A DNA stretch of 64,000 nucleotides. Source: Oscillospiraceae bacterium. Lineage in GTDB: Bacteria; Bacillota; Clostridia; Oscillospirales; SIG627. The notes below the pieces were generated by a model that made no database searches, had not been told where the DNA came from, and saw nothing but the letters and a program-made list of their open reading frames with translations. A program made the translations under genes and the position numbers. Below are positions 1 to 10,200 of the stretch, in pieces (the stretch's first letter is position 1; each line of letters opens with the position of its first letter). The DNA lies in contig SVTC01000003.1 in the NCBI GenBank assembly GCA_015063985.1, positions 5,162 through 69,161 of the forward strand. The letters run 5' to 3'.

Positions 1-933
1 AGGCTTTTTGCCGGTGCGTATGCAATCCACAAAGTGCATAAGCTCGTGCTCGGTATGCTTGGAGCTCTCCCCGTCTCTCTTCCATACCAGGGATACGTTG
101 CCCTCGGAGGCGTATTCTCCGGGCTTATGCTCGGCGTGCTTATTATAAAGCTTAAGCTCTCCGGTCTTATGGTCGTATTCCAAAAGACCCTGCTCTGTAT
201 GCACCTGGAAGTTATAGCCCATTCTGGTGCCTCTTGCACCCCAGGTAGCACCGTGATAGCCGATAGCTCCGTTCTTGAACTTCAATATAACAGAGCTTGT
301 GCCCTCCTTAAGAAGCCAGGGGGTACCCACTCTTGTACCTAAGTGAGAGCCGCTTACGGGCTCGCCCAGGAACCACAAAAGCAGGTCTATATAGTGGCAT
401 CCGTGGCTGAAAAGCTGACCTCCGCCAAGCCTTGCGGTGGCAGTCCATGTACCCTCCTTGGCAACGGTGAGCTGCTCGGTCCACACGGACATCTGTATTA
501 TCTTTCCAAACTCTCCGCTGTCAAGAAGCTCCTTCAGTTTAACGATTCCCGGCCAATAGCGCACGGGGTATGCGCACATCAATACCACCTGCTCCTCCTC
601 GCAGATCTCAATAAGTCTGAGACATTCCTCCTCGGAGTTGCAAAGAGGCTTTTCCATCAAGATGTGCTTTTTCTGCCTTGCAAAGAATACTCCGCACTCA
701 AAGTGAAGATCGTGAGGCAAAACGACAAGCACCGCATCCACGTAGTCAGCCATTGTCTTATAGTCGGTGGTGACGTATGGATCATCCAGCACGCTTGCCA
801 CCTCTCTGGCTCTCTCGATCTCAATATCGCAGACCGCGGTTATCTCCACGTCCGCCTTGCATTGATTTATTCCCTGGGCATGAGTCTTCATCATACCGCC
901 GCATCCGATAAGTCCGAGTCTTATTCTTTCCAT
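1..933 (-). CDS. Gfo/Idh/MocA family NAD(P)-dependent oxidoreductase (3' end outside window)
   Basis: My own minus-strand translation from the ATG at 933-931 gives MERIRLGLIGCGGMMKTHAQGINQCKADVEI..., a Rossmann GxGxxG N-terminus. The frame is open to the window edge. Track ORFs 34-342 and 343-936 (+) are its antisense shadows. Confidence 0.8.
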   Translation of the reverse strand, partial: MERIRLGLIGCGGMMKTHAQGINQCKADVEITAVCDIEIERAREVASVLDDPYVTTDYKTMADYVDAVLVVLPHDLHFECGVFFARQKKHILMEKPLCNSEEECLRLIEICEEEQVVLMCAYPVRYWPGIVKLKELLDSGEFGKIIQMSVWTEQLTVAKEGTWTATARLGGGQLFSHGCHYIDLLLWFLGEPVSGSHLGTRVGTPWLLKEGTSSVILKFKNGAIGYHGATWGARGTRMGYNFQVHTEQGLLEYDHKTGELKLYNKHAEHKPGEYASEGNVSLVWKRDGESSKHTEHELMHFVDCIRTGKKP

Positions 934-1057
934 TGATTTTTTCTCCCCTTTATGTTATAATTGGTTTGCGAGGCTATTATAGCATTATTTTTTCACCGTG
1001 TCTTTGCACTATTTTAAGTGATTTTTTGCACTTTTTTTAGATAAAAGGAGAAAAGAC

Positions 1058-1912
1058 GTGAACCGCTATGTTAAGATTCCCCTTCAAAAGCTGATCGACG
1101 TAAGCTCCATCGTTACCGCCCACGTTTACGATCTCAGGGGAAAGATGGTAAAGGGCGAGAGGCACGATTTCCCGGAGATATTTTACGTTATGGAGGGAAA
1201 CGAGCATTGCATTACCGAGCTCGGAGACTGCTATCTCAGCGAGGGTCAGCTGATAATATACGGAGCCAACGTATACCACGGTGTTCCCACCCCCACACAA
1301 AGAGGAAACTGCATTGCGGGAATAATATCCTTTGTAAGCGAAAGCCCTGCACTTGATGCCATCTGCAATAAGGTAATAACTCTTACCGCCGCCCAAAAGG
1401 AAAGCTACCTTGAGCTCCTTGCCAAAGCCTGCAATAGCTTTGAATCGGTAAAGGATCCCGTGCTTAAGGGAATGAAGCCCAGAGAAAACGCCGATCCCGC
1501 ATCCCTGCAAAACATAAAGAACGGTCTGGAGCTCTTTTTGCTGGACATCCTTCATAATCCCGATCCTCTGACCAACCGCCACCACTTTCTGAAAATGCGA
1601 TTCGACGAGGTCTACCGTTATTTTTCAGCAAACATTCATAGGCAGATAAGCTCCGAGCAAGCAGCAAAGGAGCTGAACATGAGTGTGTTTTTCTTAAGAG
1701 AGCTGATAAAAAAGAAGAAAAATTGCGGTATAACCGAGTATTTTATATCTCTTAAGCTTGATAAGGCAAAGGAGCTTTTTCAAAGCACACCGATGAACGT
1801 AACGGAGGTATCTGCCGCTTTGGGCTTTTCCTCCATACACTACTTTTCCCGTCTTTTCAAAAAGAAAACGGGACTCTCTCCCCTGCAATACATAAAAACA
1901 AAGGGCAAATAA
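1058..1912 (+). CDS. AraC family transcriptional regulator (cupin-like sensor + HTH)
   Basis: The C-terminus ...VSAALGFSSIHYFSRLFKKKTGLSPLQY is the canonical AraC HTH. GTG start with an AAAGGAG RBS 7 nt upstream. Confidence 0.85.
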   Translation: MNRYVKIPLQKLIDVSSIVTAHVYDLRGKMVKGERHDFPEIFYVMEGNEHCITELGDCYLSEGQLIIYGANVYHGVPTPTQRGNCIAGIISFVSESPALDAICNKVITLTAAQKESYLELLAKACNSFESVKDPVLKGMKPRENADPASLQNIKNGLELFLLDILHNPDPLTNRHHFLKMRFDEVYRYFSANIHRQISSEQAAKELNMSVFFLRELIKKKKNCGITEYFISLKLDKAKELFQSTPMNVTEVSAALGFSSIHYFSRLFKKKTGLSPLQYIKTKGK

Positions 1913-1916
1913 AAAT

Positions 1917-1944
1917 ATCCGCCTTCGAAAAAACGAAGGCGGAT
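1917..1944. terminator. Bidirectional intrinsic terminator between convergent genes
   Basis: Stem atccgccttcg / cgaaggcggat with an A6 loop, flanked by A-run and T-run. Confidence 0.7.
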
Positions 1945-1950
1945 AGCTTT

Positions 1951-2220
1951 TTAATCCTCGTCGTCTACCTCGACAACGTCCTCTTCAACCTCCTTCTTGG
2001 CATTTTCATCAATACCAAGCTTTTGCTGAACCTTTTTCTTAGCTCTGCGCCAGAAAACGGTTATTACCGCACCTGCTGCCACTGCCACACCTGCAACGAC
2101 CTGAATGGTGTAGGTCATAACAGAGGGATCGATGTATGCAAAGGCGCCGACGGTAAATATCATACAAAGACAAAAGAAATTAAAGACGGTGGAAAGGCAA
2201 CCCATACCCGAGCTGTTCAT
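1951..2220 (-). CDS. Small membrane protein with acidic C-terminal tail (unknown function)
   Basis: 89 aa with two hydrophobic segments and the tail EEDVVEVDDED. Its start lies 1 nt after the stop of the upstream YidC-TagF gene, so it appears to belong to the same operon. Confidence 0.55.
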   Translation of the reverse strand: MNSSGMGCLSTVFNFFCLCMIFTVGAFAYIDPSVMTYTIQVVAGVAVAAGAVITVFWRRAKKKVQQKLGIDENAKKEVEEDVVEVDDED

Positions 2221-2221
2221 A

Positions 2222-4093
2222 TTATTTCTCCTTTTTATTTTGTTTTTCTCTTATAGCCGAGAGAATATATCTTCCTCCGACCTCTCCCGATCTGCCAAAG
2301 TTTGAAACGTATTTTTCCCTGATCTCGAGGATCTTATCACTGTATTGGTCTGCCCGCTGCAAAAGCAAGGCTATTCTTTCGCTCAGACCATCCATAGCCG
2401 CGGGATCTACCCTTATACCGACCCTGTCTCTGAGAGAAAACTCCAAAGGCTCGATCCCAAGCTCGGTATAGCGGGGATTGTTTATCTTTGGCTTAGTATC
2501 CACAAAAACCGCGGGCTTAAGGGTAACGAAGGAAAATTCATAAGCCGTGCCCGACCAATCGGTAATAAGAACGTCACTGTCAAATATGGATGAATTACCC
2601 GAAAAATCAAGCTCGAAGCTAAGGTCGTCCCCAACCTTATCGGAATACCTTGCCACAATGGCATCCATTCTCGGGCCAAAGCGCTTTACGTATTCGGGAT
2701 GCGGTCTGATCACAAGCTGAAAGCCCTTGCCGTAAAGCTCACTGATTATCTTATCCAAGCAGCTGTCAAGGATATTATCGGGCTGCCAGGACGGAGCGAT
2801 AAGCACCTTGGGCTTTTCTCTTTGGGGCTTTTCGAGAGCAAGATAGCTTTCATAAAGCTGCTCGAGCTGACCGTAGCCTGCCGCAATAAGCTTCTTTTCG
2901 GGAAGTGAATAAAGCTTTTCAGCGGCACGGATCTCATCAAACTGAAACTCGCCCACACAAAAGACGGTATCGTAATGATCCAAGGCTCCCGTATTAAGCA
3001 CCATGTGTGTGCTCAGGGGATAATGGAACATATAGATGTACTCAATATCCTTGCGGACGTAGCTGCGCTTATAATGGAAATTATCAAGATCGGGGCAGGT
3101 CATGACCACCACGTCCGCATCCATTTTCATCATTAGTGTAATAAGCCTTGTGGGTCCGATGTAATAGGGCTTTATGCGGGGCTCGGACTCTGCCAATTTA
3201 AAGATCATATCCTTGGGATCGTTGGTAACGTAATGGATAATAACGTTGGATCTTTTCAGCAAAAACTCAATAACGTCCTTGAAGTATTTATAAAATCCGC
3301 TTTTTTCGGAATAGAAGACCAAATGCTTATTGGCAACGGAGAAAAAGCGCTTATAATCTGCCTTTTCTCTCTTTTTATCCTCGGGACTGACTCCCTTGGA
3401 CAGACCACCCATAGCCTCGAGCTCCTTTTTGCTTCTTTCCAGCTCGGCGTAATCAACGCGCTTTTTCGGATCGAGAACAAGGTTCAACACAAGCTGCTGA
3501 AGGATACTGAAAAGATTTGAGAATATCCAGTAGATCCCTACTCCGAGGCTTACGAAAAAGCCAAGAAAAAGGCTTATAAAAATGCTTATGCCGTTGGTCA
3601 TCCACTGCTCCGAGCTGCCCTGCTCCCTTTGAAGGGGATTGAGCTTATTCTGGCTTAGTCCCAACGCCAATGCGGCAAGGCCTGCGGCAAAGGGCATAAG
3701 AACGCTCAGTCCTCCCGCTTGCGAGGGAATGAGGTTAAGGGGAGTGTCTACCTCTCCCATAACACTCTTGACCGCGCCTATTACCCCGATAAGCATAACA
3801 AGCTGGATTATCATGGGAACGGTGCTTGCAAGAGGATGATAATGCTCCTTTTTATAAAGCCTTTGGGTTTCTTCGGCAATAGTGTCCTTATCGCCGTAAT
3901 ACTTTATCTTCAGAGAATTGAGCTTCGGCGTGATCCTGAGCATGGATATTGCATTCTTCTGCACCCACAGACCTACCGGAAAGAGAATTATTTTTGTAAG
4001 CAAGGTAAAAGCGATTATTGCAAGGGCATAGTTATTGATAAAGCCGTAGCAAAGCTGCAAAAGCGCAGCCAAGGGCGCAACTATTATATCCAA
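2222..4093 (-). CDS. Fusion protein: N-terminal YidC/Oxa1-family insertase domain + C-terminal CDP-glycerol glycerophosphotransferase (TagB/TagF-like) domain
   Basis: Residues ~1-230 carry YidC hallmarks (AIIAFTLLTKIILFPV, LYKKEHYHPLAS, GVGIYWIFSNLFSILQQ). Residues ~260-623 resemble the Glyphos_transf family (APSWQPDN, RPHPEY, DVLITDWSGTAYEF). Confidence 0.7.
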   Translation of the reverse strand: MDIIVAPLAALLQLCYGFINNYALAIIAFTLLTKIILFPVGLWVQKNAISMLRITPKLNSLKIKYYGDKDTIAEETQRLYKKEHYHPLASTVPMIIQLVMLIGVIGAVKSVMGEVDTPLNLIPSQAGGLSVLMPFAAGLAALALGLSQNKLNPLQREQGSSEQWMTNGISIFISLFLGFFVSLGVGIYWIFSNLFSILQQLVLNLVLDPKKRVDYAELERSKKELEAMGGLSKGVSPEDKKREKADYKRFFSVANKHLVFYSEKSGFYKYFKDVIEFLLKRSNVIIHYVTNDPKDMIFKLAESEPRIKPYYIGPTRLITLMMKMDADVVVMTCPDLDNFHYKRSYVRKDIEYIYMFHYPLSTHMVLNTGALDHYDTVFCVGEFQFDEIRAAEKLYSLPEKKLIAAGYGQLEQLYESYLALEKPQREKPKVLIAPSWQPDNILDSCLDKIISELYGKGFQLVIRPHPEYVKRFGPRMDAIVARYSDKVGDDLSFELDFSGNSSIFDSDVLITDWSGTAYEFSFVTLKPAVFVDTKPKINNPRYTELGIEPLEFSLRDRVGIRVDPAAMDGLSERIALLLQRADQYSDKILEIREKYVSNFGRSGEVGGRYILSAIREKQNKKEK

Positions 4094-4109
4094 TAAAGCC
4101 TCCCCCCTT

Positions 4110-5930
4110 TTAATAGAAATTACCGATCACGGGATTTTCTTCCAGAATGGTCCAATTATCGAAATAGCCCGCCTCTCCTTTGACAAGGTAGGTAACAAAG
4201 CTATCCTCCTTGCGGCTTTCGGAGCCCATGACGCTCTTGAAATAGTATCTGTCTATCTCCTCGTCCTCGCCGATCTCGTCAAGAGCTCTTCCGTATACTG
4301 CGGGATCGTTCACCCCAACCGCCTTCATCAACGTGGGAAGAATATTTGCGGTGCATACCTGGGCGGAGCTTTTTTTCAGCTCGACTCCCGAGGAGCCCGA
4401 GGGCTTATAGAAAATACCGATCTTGGTTGCCTTCAGCAGAGGCTTGTAATCGTTTACCGCGGAGCCGTGATCGCCTGTAATGATAATGGTGGCATCATCG
4501 TAAATACCCAGATCCTTCATCTGTTGGAAGGCATCCTTAAGAATTCTGAAGGAGCCTCTTGTCTGGGCAAGAACGTCAGTGTTGGTTTCACTGCGTGTGC
4601 CCTCCTCGGTAAGAGTATAGGGCGCGTGAGGGCCGTAAAGATGGTAAAACTTGAAGCTGTTTTGCTTCTCGGTAGCGGTTGCCGTTTCAAAGCCGGGCTT
4701 GTAGGCGGCATCGTCAAACTCGTAAAGCTTTTCAGTGTCAAGCTCGTGTATACCGTTGTTGAAATAGTTGGTATCTCCCCAGAAAAAGGGCTTTAAGCAA
4801 AGAGGCGAATAGCGGTATGCGCTGAGCTCCATCAGCTTTTTCACCGTTTGAGCGGGCTTAAGACCCAGCTTTCCGTTGGTGGCGTTGTCGACGTATTTTG
4901 ATACGTATTCCGCATCACTGAAAAGATAATCTATCTTGGTGTAAAAATCAATGGTGTAGCCTGCCCCGTCAATATCCCCAAGCACGTCCTTGCCGTTAAA
5001 GGTCCAGGAGTCCTTATAAAAATCCGCAGTGGGCATATTGTATGCCATACCGTCCGAGGCGGTCATAAGCTGATTGAGAGCAGGCTTTGTACGGGCATAG
5101 CTGCTTATAGCGTTGGTATACTGGGTAAAGCCGTCCATCCAATCAAAGCAATCGGGATCGTTTGCCATCATTCGCTCTATGTAATCGTAATCAAGTCTGT
5201 CAAGAACGAAAACGAAAACGTTTTTCCCCTCGGAGTAATCGAACATATCCTCCTGGGTGAGATAATATTCACTGATGGCTCCCTTATTCGTGCTCTTGTA
5301 CGCACCTGCAAAGATCGCCACCGTAGGCGCCGCCTGCATTACGATAAGAGCTATTGAGACCACCGTGACAAGCCCCGTCCAGACCTTTCTTTTCAGATAC
5401 AGAACGAAAAGGATCACAAGAATAATGGCTATCCAAGCCAAGACGTTGATAAGAGCATCCCCTGAGGAGGCTGACCAATCCACGGCATCTCCGGTAAGCG
5501 TGCCCATTTTACCGTTGAAAATCGCCGCCTGAAGATATCCGCAAACGGTCACTCCGAAAAGAGCGGTGATAGTATAATTATAGATCCTACCTCTGAGGAT
5601 CGAGATCACAGGTGTGACAAGCGCAAACACCGACACTGCGAGAACAGCAAGGTAGCCCGCCACGTCTTTATAAGAAAAAGTAAAGGACTTCCCTGAAAAC
5701 GCAACCATTTCCAATGGACCGAAGAAGATAAAGGTATACGCCAGCGCCGCCATAACAAGCGCCGAGATCCCAAGCCTTTTCCAATAGCTTCTTTTATCGC
5801 TCCAAAGCGCCGTAAGCTTTTTGGCAATAACGCCGGGATCATTTAATTTTTTCTCTTTTACAGCTTCCGTTACCCTTTCTTCCGCCTTACTGTCGGAGGG
5901 CTCGGTGCTTTTTATCTCTTTTTCTTCCAT
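4110..5930 (-). CDS. LTA-synthase/sulfatase-like membrane phosphotransferase (alkaline-phosphatase superfamily)
   Basis: N-terminal multi-TM region followed by an extracellular domain with NVFVFVLD, HLYGPHAPY and TGDHGS motifs. It sits 16 nt upstream of the YidC-TagF gene. Confidence 0.7.
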   Translation of the reverse strand: MEEKEIKSTEPSDSKAEERVTEAVKEKKLNDPGVIAKKLTALWSDKRSYWKRLGISALVMAALAYTFIFFGPLEMVAFSGKSFTFSYKDVAGYLAVLAVSVFALVTPVISILRGRIYNYTITALFGVTVCGYLQAAIFNGKMGTLTGDAVDWSASSGDALINVLAWIAIILVILFVLYLKRKVWTGLVTVVSIALIVMQAAPTVAIFAGAYKSTNKGAISEYYLTQEDMFDYSEGKNVFVFVLDRLDYDYIERMMANDPDCFDWMDGFTQYTNAISSYARTKPALNQLMTASDGMAYNMPTADFYKDSWTFNGKDVLGDIDGAGYTIDFYTKIDYLFSDAEYVSKYVDNATNGKLGLKPAQTVKKLMELSAYRYSPLCLKPFFWGDTNYFNNGIHELDTEKLYEFDDAAYKPGFETATATEKQNSFKFYHLYGPHAPYTLTEEGTRSETNTDVLAQTRGSFRILKDAFQQMKDLGIYDDATIIITGDHGSAVNDYKPLLKATKIGIFYKPSGSSGVELKKSSAQVCTANILPTLMKAVGVNDPAVYGRALDEIGEDEEIDRYYFKSVMGSESRKEDSFVTYLVKGEAGYFDNWTILEENPVIGNFY

Positions 5931-6044
5931 TTTTCCTTTATTGCTCCTCTTTTTCTTTCACATATTATATCACAGTTAATTTTGTTTTGCAATACACCCA
6001 CTGAATTTTTATCTTTCTCGGGACTCTATCGGGATAAAGCCCGG

Positions 6045-6632
6045 CTATTCCGGATCAATACTCTCTCCAACGTCTTTATCAACGATATCACCGATGACGT
6101 CGTCACGTATATATTCCTCAACTCCCTCGGCATTACCCAAAGGATTTATCAACACGTAATAATGCACGGTGCTTATACCCTCTCCCTTATCAATAAATCT
6201 CAAGGCGACCGCGATCTCGTTTTTCACTCCGTTTATAGAATATACCTCACCGCGAAGCCTTTCAAAGGCACTCCATTCACCGTCGCCGTTCTTCCAGCCC
6301 GCCTTTACAAAAACCTCGGAAAGCTTATTTCCCAGCCTTTCCTTCGCTATGACCTTGCCCTCCTCATAGCCGGAATAATCCCCTTCCTCCACGTTAAAGG
6401 AATATACCTGCACGAGCTGTCCTTCCTCGGTGAAAGGCAAGCTTGAGGACTGAGCTTGGATCAGCGGCAACAAAACAAGCACTCCCGCAACCACACCCAT
6501 CAAAACACATGCCGCAACACAAAATCCTTTGACCCAAGCTTTCCTCCTGTTTGCAAAATGAAAGCCTCTCGCCTCGGTAATCAGCTCTTCATCTATATCT
6601 GAAAAGACCTCGAACAAAGCTTCACTTTTCAT
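6045..6632 (-). CDS. Putative anti-sigma factor / single-pass membrane protein
   Basis: One TM segment at about residues 33-55. Its start overlaps the sigma-factor stop by 4 nt (6629-6632). The function is inferred from context only. Confidence 0.45.
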   Translation of the reverse strand: MKSEALFEVFSDIDEELITEARGFHFANRRKAWVKGFCVAACVLMGVVAGVLVLLPLIQAQSSSLPFTEEGQLVQVYSFNVEEGDYSGYEEGKVIAKERLGNKLSEVFVKAGWKNGDGEWSAFERLRGEVYSINGVKNEIAVALRFIDKGEGISTVHYYVLINPLGNAEGVEEYIRDDVIGDIVDKDVGESIDPE

Positions 6633-7189
6633 AATTTAACCCCTCTTTCAGACAGATAGGTATACATTCTTTTGCGCAAGCGCTTCAATGCCATTGTTAC
6701 GGCACCCTCGCTCATTCCAAAGCGTAATGCGATGGATGCTACACTGTCGCTATACCAGTACCTGCACACAAGCATTCCTCTTTTTTCGGGAGAAAGGCTA
6801 TATAAAAAACCGTTTATCGCCATTACAAGCTCTTGTCGCTCCAACTCCGACTCAAGCTCACCGCTCCCCGATACAAGCTCTCCCAGCTCATCCAGAACAA
6901 CGGGAAGCTCTCCTCCTCCCCTTTTGGCGGCTGTATTGTACTTGTATCGGTTAAGAGATAGATTACGAACTATCTTTCCCAGAAATGCGGATAAAACGCA
7001 AGGTCTGTGTGGAGGTATCGCATTCCAGGTTTTTAAATAAGTATCGTTGACACATTCCTCCGCATCCAATCTGTTTCCCAAAATATTATTGGCGATCGCA
7101 TCACAAAAGCTTCCGTATTTTGCGGCAGTGGCAGGAATTGCCTCCTCATTTCTGTCCCAATATAAGCTGATTATCCTTTCATCATCCAC
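6629..7189 (-). CDS. RNA polymerase sigma-70 family (ECF-type) sigma factor
   Basis: The region 2-like stretch (DAEECVNDTYLKTWNAIP) and the region 4 HTH (SVASIALRFGMSEGAVTMALKRLRKRM) are recognisable. Confidence 0.8.
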   Translation of the reverse strand: MDDERIISLYWDRNEEAIPATAAKYGSFCDAIANNILGNRLDAEECVNDTYLKTWNAIPPHRPCVLSAFLGKIVRNLSLNRYKYNTAAKRGGGELPVVLDELGELVSGSGELESELERQELVMAINGFLYSLSPEKRGMLVCRYWYSDSVASIALRFGMSEGAVTMALKRLRKRMYTYLSERGVKL

Positions 7190-7266
7190 CCTTTAAGCCC
7201 CCTTTGAAAAACTTCTCTATAGATTTAGACAACATTAAAGTAATTATCTAACACAAAAAGCAAAAA

Positions 7267-7288
7267 GCCGAGTCGAAAACGACTCGGC
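7267..7288 (-). terminator. Intrinsic terminator of the 1083-aa gene
   Basis: Stem gccgagtcg / cgactcggc with a 4-nt loop, followed on the minus strand by TTTTTGCTTTTT. Confidence 0.75.
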
Positions 7289-7299
7289 TCGGCTTGTTA

Positions 7300-10200
7300 T
7301 CAGATCTCTTGGTACACAACGGGAGAAGCGTCAAAATCCACCTCAAGGGCTGTGATCTTGTTATCCTTAAGCAGTAAAAATTCCTGCTTGGAGCTTCCCT
7401 GCAAAACCGCTTTGCCATCCTCATAGGTGACTACGTCGCAATCTTCACTCTGGCAAAGTATACCCACCTTGCCATTCACGCTGAGCTTTTTCACAACGCC
7501 CAATCCAAGGGTCACGGGATAGCAGTCATCTCCTATGCAAACACGTGCTCTTCTCTGCTTATCGGCATCGTTCCACCAGTCAACGGCAACAAGATATGCC
7601 TCCTTGGTACCGTCCTCCAACTCGTACACCACTGCTTGGACGTCATCGCCCACCTTGACCTTGACATCCTGCGCCTCGAAGGCCTCGTCGCTATATCTTT
7701 CGAAGCTTTCGGTGTAGAGCTCCTTGATAGCCTCGTTCGCAGGATAAAGAAGGGTATTAAAAATAATTATCTTTCCTTCCCCAACCTTCTTTTCAGCCAT
7801 CAAGGGATATCCCTTTTGGGTCCTCTCCTTTATATCAAGTCCGTACAGGGAAAGGTTTGTTGCTACGGGAACGGTATTGCCGTTAAAATCATCCTGCTCG
7901 ATCTTTGGAACGCCTGCATATCCGATGGCATCCAAAAGCTCGTTTTCAAAGAAATCGAGCTCGTATTTCTCGGTCTTTTCTCTGAGGGAGGTACAGGAAA
8001 GATGACCGAGAGTAAGCTGAAGCACGGCACCCTTTCTGACCTTTTCGAGAATACGCTCAAGATCCTTCTTCTCGGCAAGGTTGTATCCGAAGAAGCAAAG
8101 GAAGGGATAATCCTTGAAATCCTCCTCCACGGGGATTATATTCATCGAGCCTCTGGGGTTCTGGCTGACAAGTCCGATCTTGCCGTTCTTGGTGTCGGCA
8201 TTTCCGCTTGTGGCAGGCCATTTGCTGTGAGGATAGAAGCTATGTCCGGGGATCCTCCAAGAAAGCTCCGCATCAAATTTTCTGGAAAAACGTGCGGCGG
8301 TATTTCCCCAGACACATCCGCCAAAGCAGGGCGCGCCGTCGCATCTGCCGTGGAGAACGCCCACGGTTGCCGCAAGTCTTCCCCTTCTGGAATGGGTGGA
8401 GATCCATCTGTAGAAGTCCTTTTGCTGATCAAGGTGAGATCTGCAGGCAATGCCGTGACGGTTGTGGAAGGCATATCTTTCTTCAAGCCTCCAAAGACCC
8501 TCTTCGGTGTTATTTTCGTGAGCACCCTGCATCCAGGATACGTAGAGCGCAAGGCGGTATCTGCGGTAATGGCCCTCTTCGTCGTGGGGCTGAGTAGACC
8601 ACTGCAAAGCGTGATGTACACCCACTCTTGGAATATTATAAGCCTCAGCCGCTCCTCTTAATGCCGCCATAAGAAATTCCGTGGGGCTGTCCATAGTCTC
8701 TGCACCGATCCAGGAATATCCCGCCTGACAGAAATACTTAAAGAAGATGCTGGGTCCGGTATGTCGGGTAGCGCCGGTGCAGTCCTTTGCAATGGTTCTC
8801 AAAGAATTTATCACCGCGTTTGCCTGGATCGCACTGTCTGCGGCAAGCTTGGGATCGTGGCAGAGCCACATAAGCTTTCCGTCATCAAACTGGTCCTCGG
8901 GGTAGAATTCACTGCCGGCGTGCTCGGGATCGGCGTGTCTGTATCTGTTGAACTGATCAAAATACAGAGCCGTATCATAGAATTTATTCATATTCCAGAA
9001 ATCACCGTTATTGTCGTGGGCACCCCAATAGCAGTATGCACCGTCTCTCTCGTGAAGCTGTCTGCCCAAAAATCCCGAAGGCTCGCCTGTGTCCTCGCCA
9101 AGCTCCGAAAGGGAGGGCTGAGCGCAATAGCCTGAGGGCTCTCTGCCGTCCACCATATGGGAATATTTCATTCCAAGAGAGTTCATCAGCTTAACAAACT
9201 TCTTCCACATGGGCTTGTTGAGCATTCTCGTTCCGCTCCAACGGTAGGTGGGACGGATGGTAAGCATATTACCGACGCGGTTTTGCATATACCACTTGAT
9301 GTAATTAAAGGTATCGTGATCGGTCTGCTCAACGTAGATAAGGTCGCCCGTACCGGTGATAACACCGTCGGAAAATCTGCGGATCACTCTGCCTATCTTC
9401 ACGTTGTGAGTGGTCTCGCCGTCGGAAAGAGCTATCTCAAGACCGTTCTGGAGCTTATTGGAAACAAGCCTCAGTGCCGCAAGACCTTCGCTTTCAAATA
9501 CAAGGGAGGAAACTACCGCGGCACTGCTTTCCACCTTCAGAGTGCAGGGCTTATGAATATCCAGCATCAGGCTGAATTCCTCGCCGCATACCGCCACCTC
9601 GGGAAAGCTTACAACGTCAAAGCTGTTCTTATCCTCGGATACTATTCCCACCTCGTGCAAACGGTACGGAAGTGCGCCGAACCAATCGGAAAGAAGGGTG
9701 AATCTTATACTGTTCTTTCCCTTCTTCATCACTCCGTCGGGAAGGGTTATCTCCTTTTCCGAATATCTGTGACACCTTTCAAAGAAAATGTCGCTGAAGA
9801 CCTCGGTGCCGTTTACCTCAATTCCCATCTTGGGCCATTCGCTCTTGGATAGATTTACTCCATACCAGTTGAACATATACTGATATATGGCGCTGTCTCT
9901 TGCAAAGCCGGGCATTATATTAAAGCCGTCGGAGGTGACAAGAGCGGGATGCTCAAAGTAGATATCACCCTCGGTCAATTCCGTTTCAAGAGAATAAATT
10001 ATATTGGCAGTGGTCTCCTTGGGCAAATTGAGCTTCACCGAGAACTCCTGCCAATCGTAGCTGCCCCGGGGGAAATCTATATCAATAATGGAGTCTGCGG
10101 GATATTTGGTGTGATTGTTATAGAAGTCTTCGCTCTTTTTGTTTCTTACCTCAATACGGAGTCTGGCATAGCCGCCCTCCTTTACCTTCAGCCCGTCTGC

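Noticed and set aside
34-936. Track ORFs 34-342 and 343-936 on the + strand
   Set aside because: They have no RBS and odd composition. The opposite strand encodes a well-formed Gfo/Idh/MocA N-terminus (MERIRLGLIGCGG...) running to the window edge, so these are antisense shadow ORFs.
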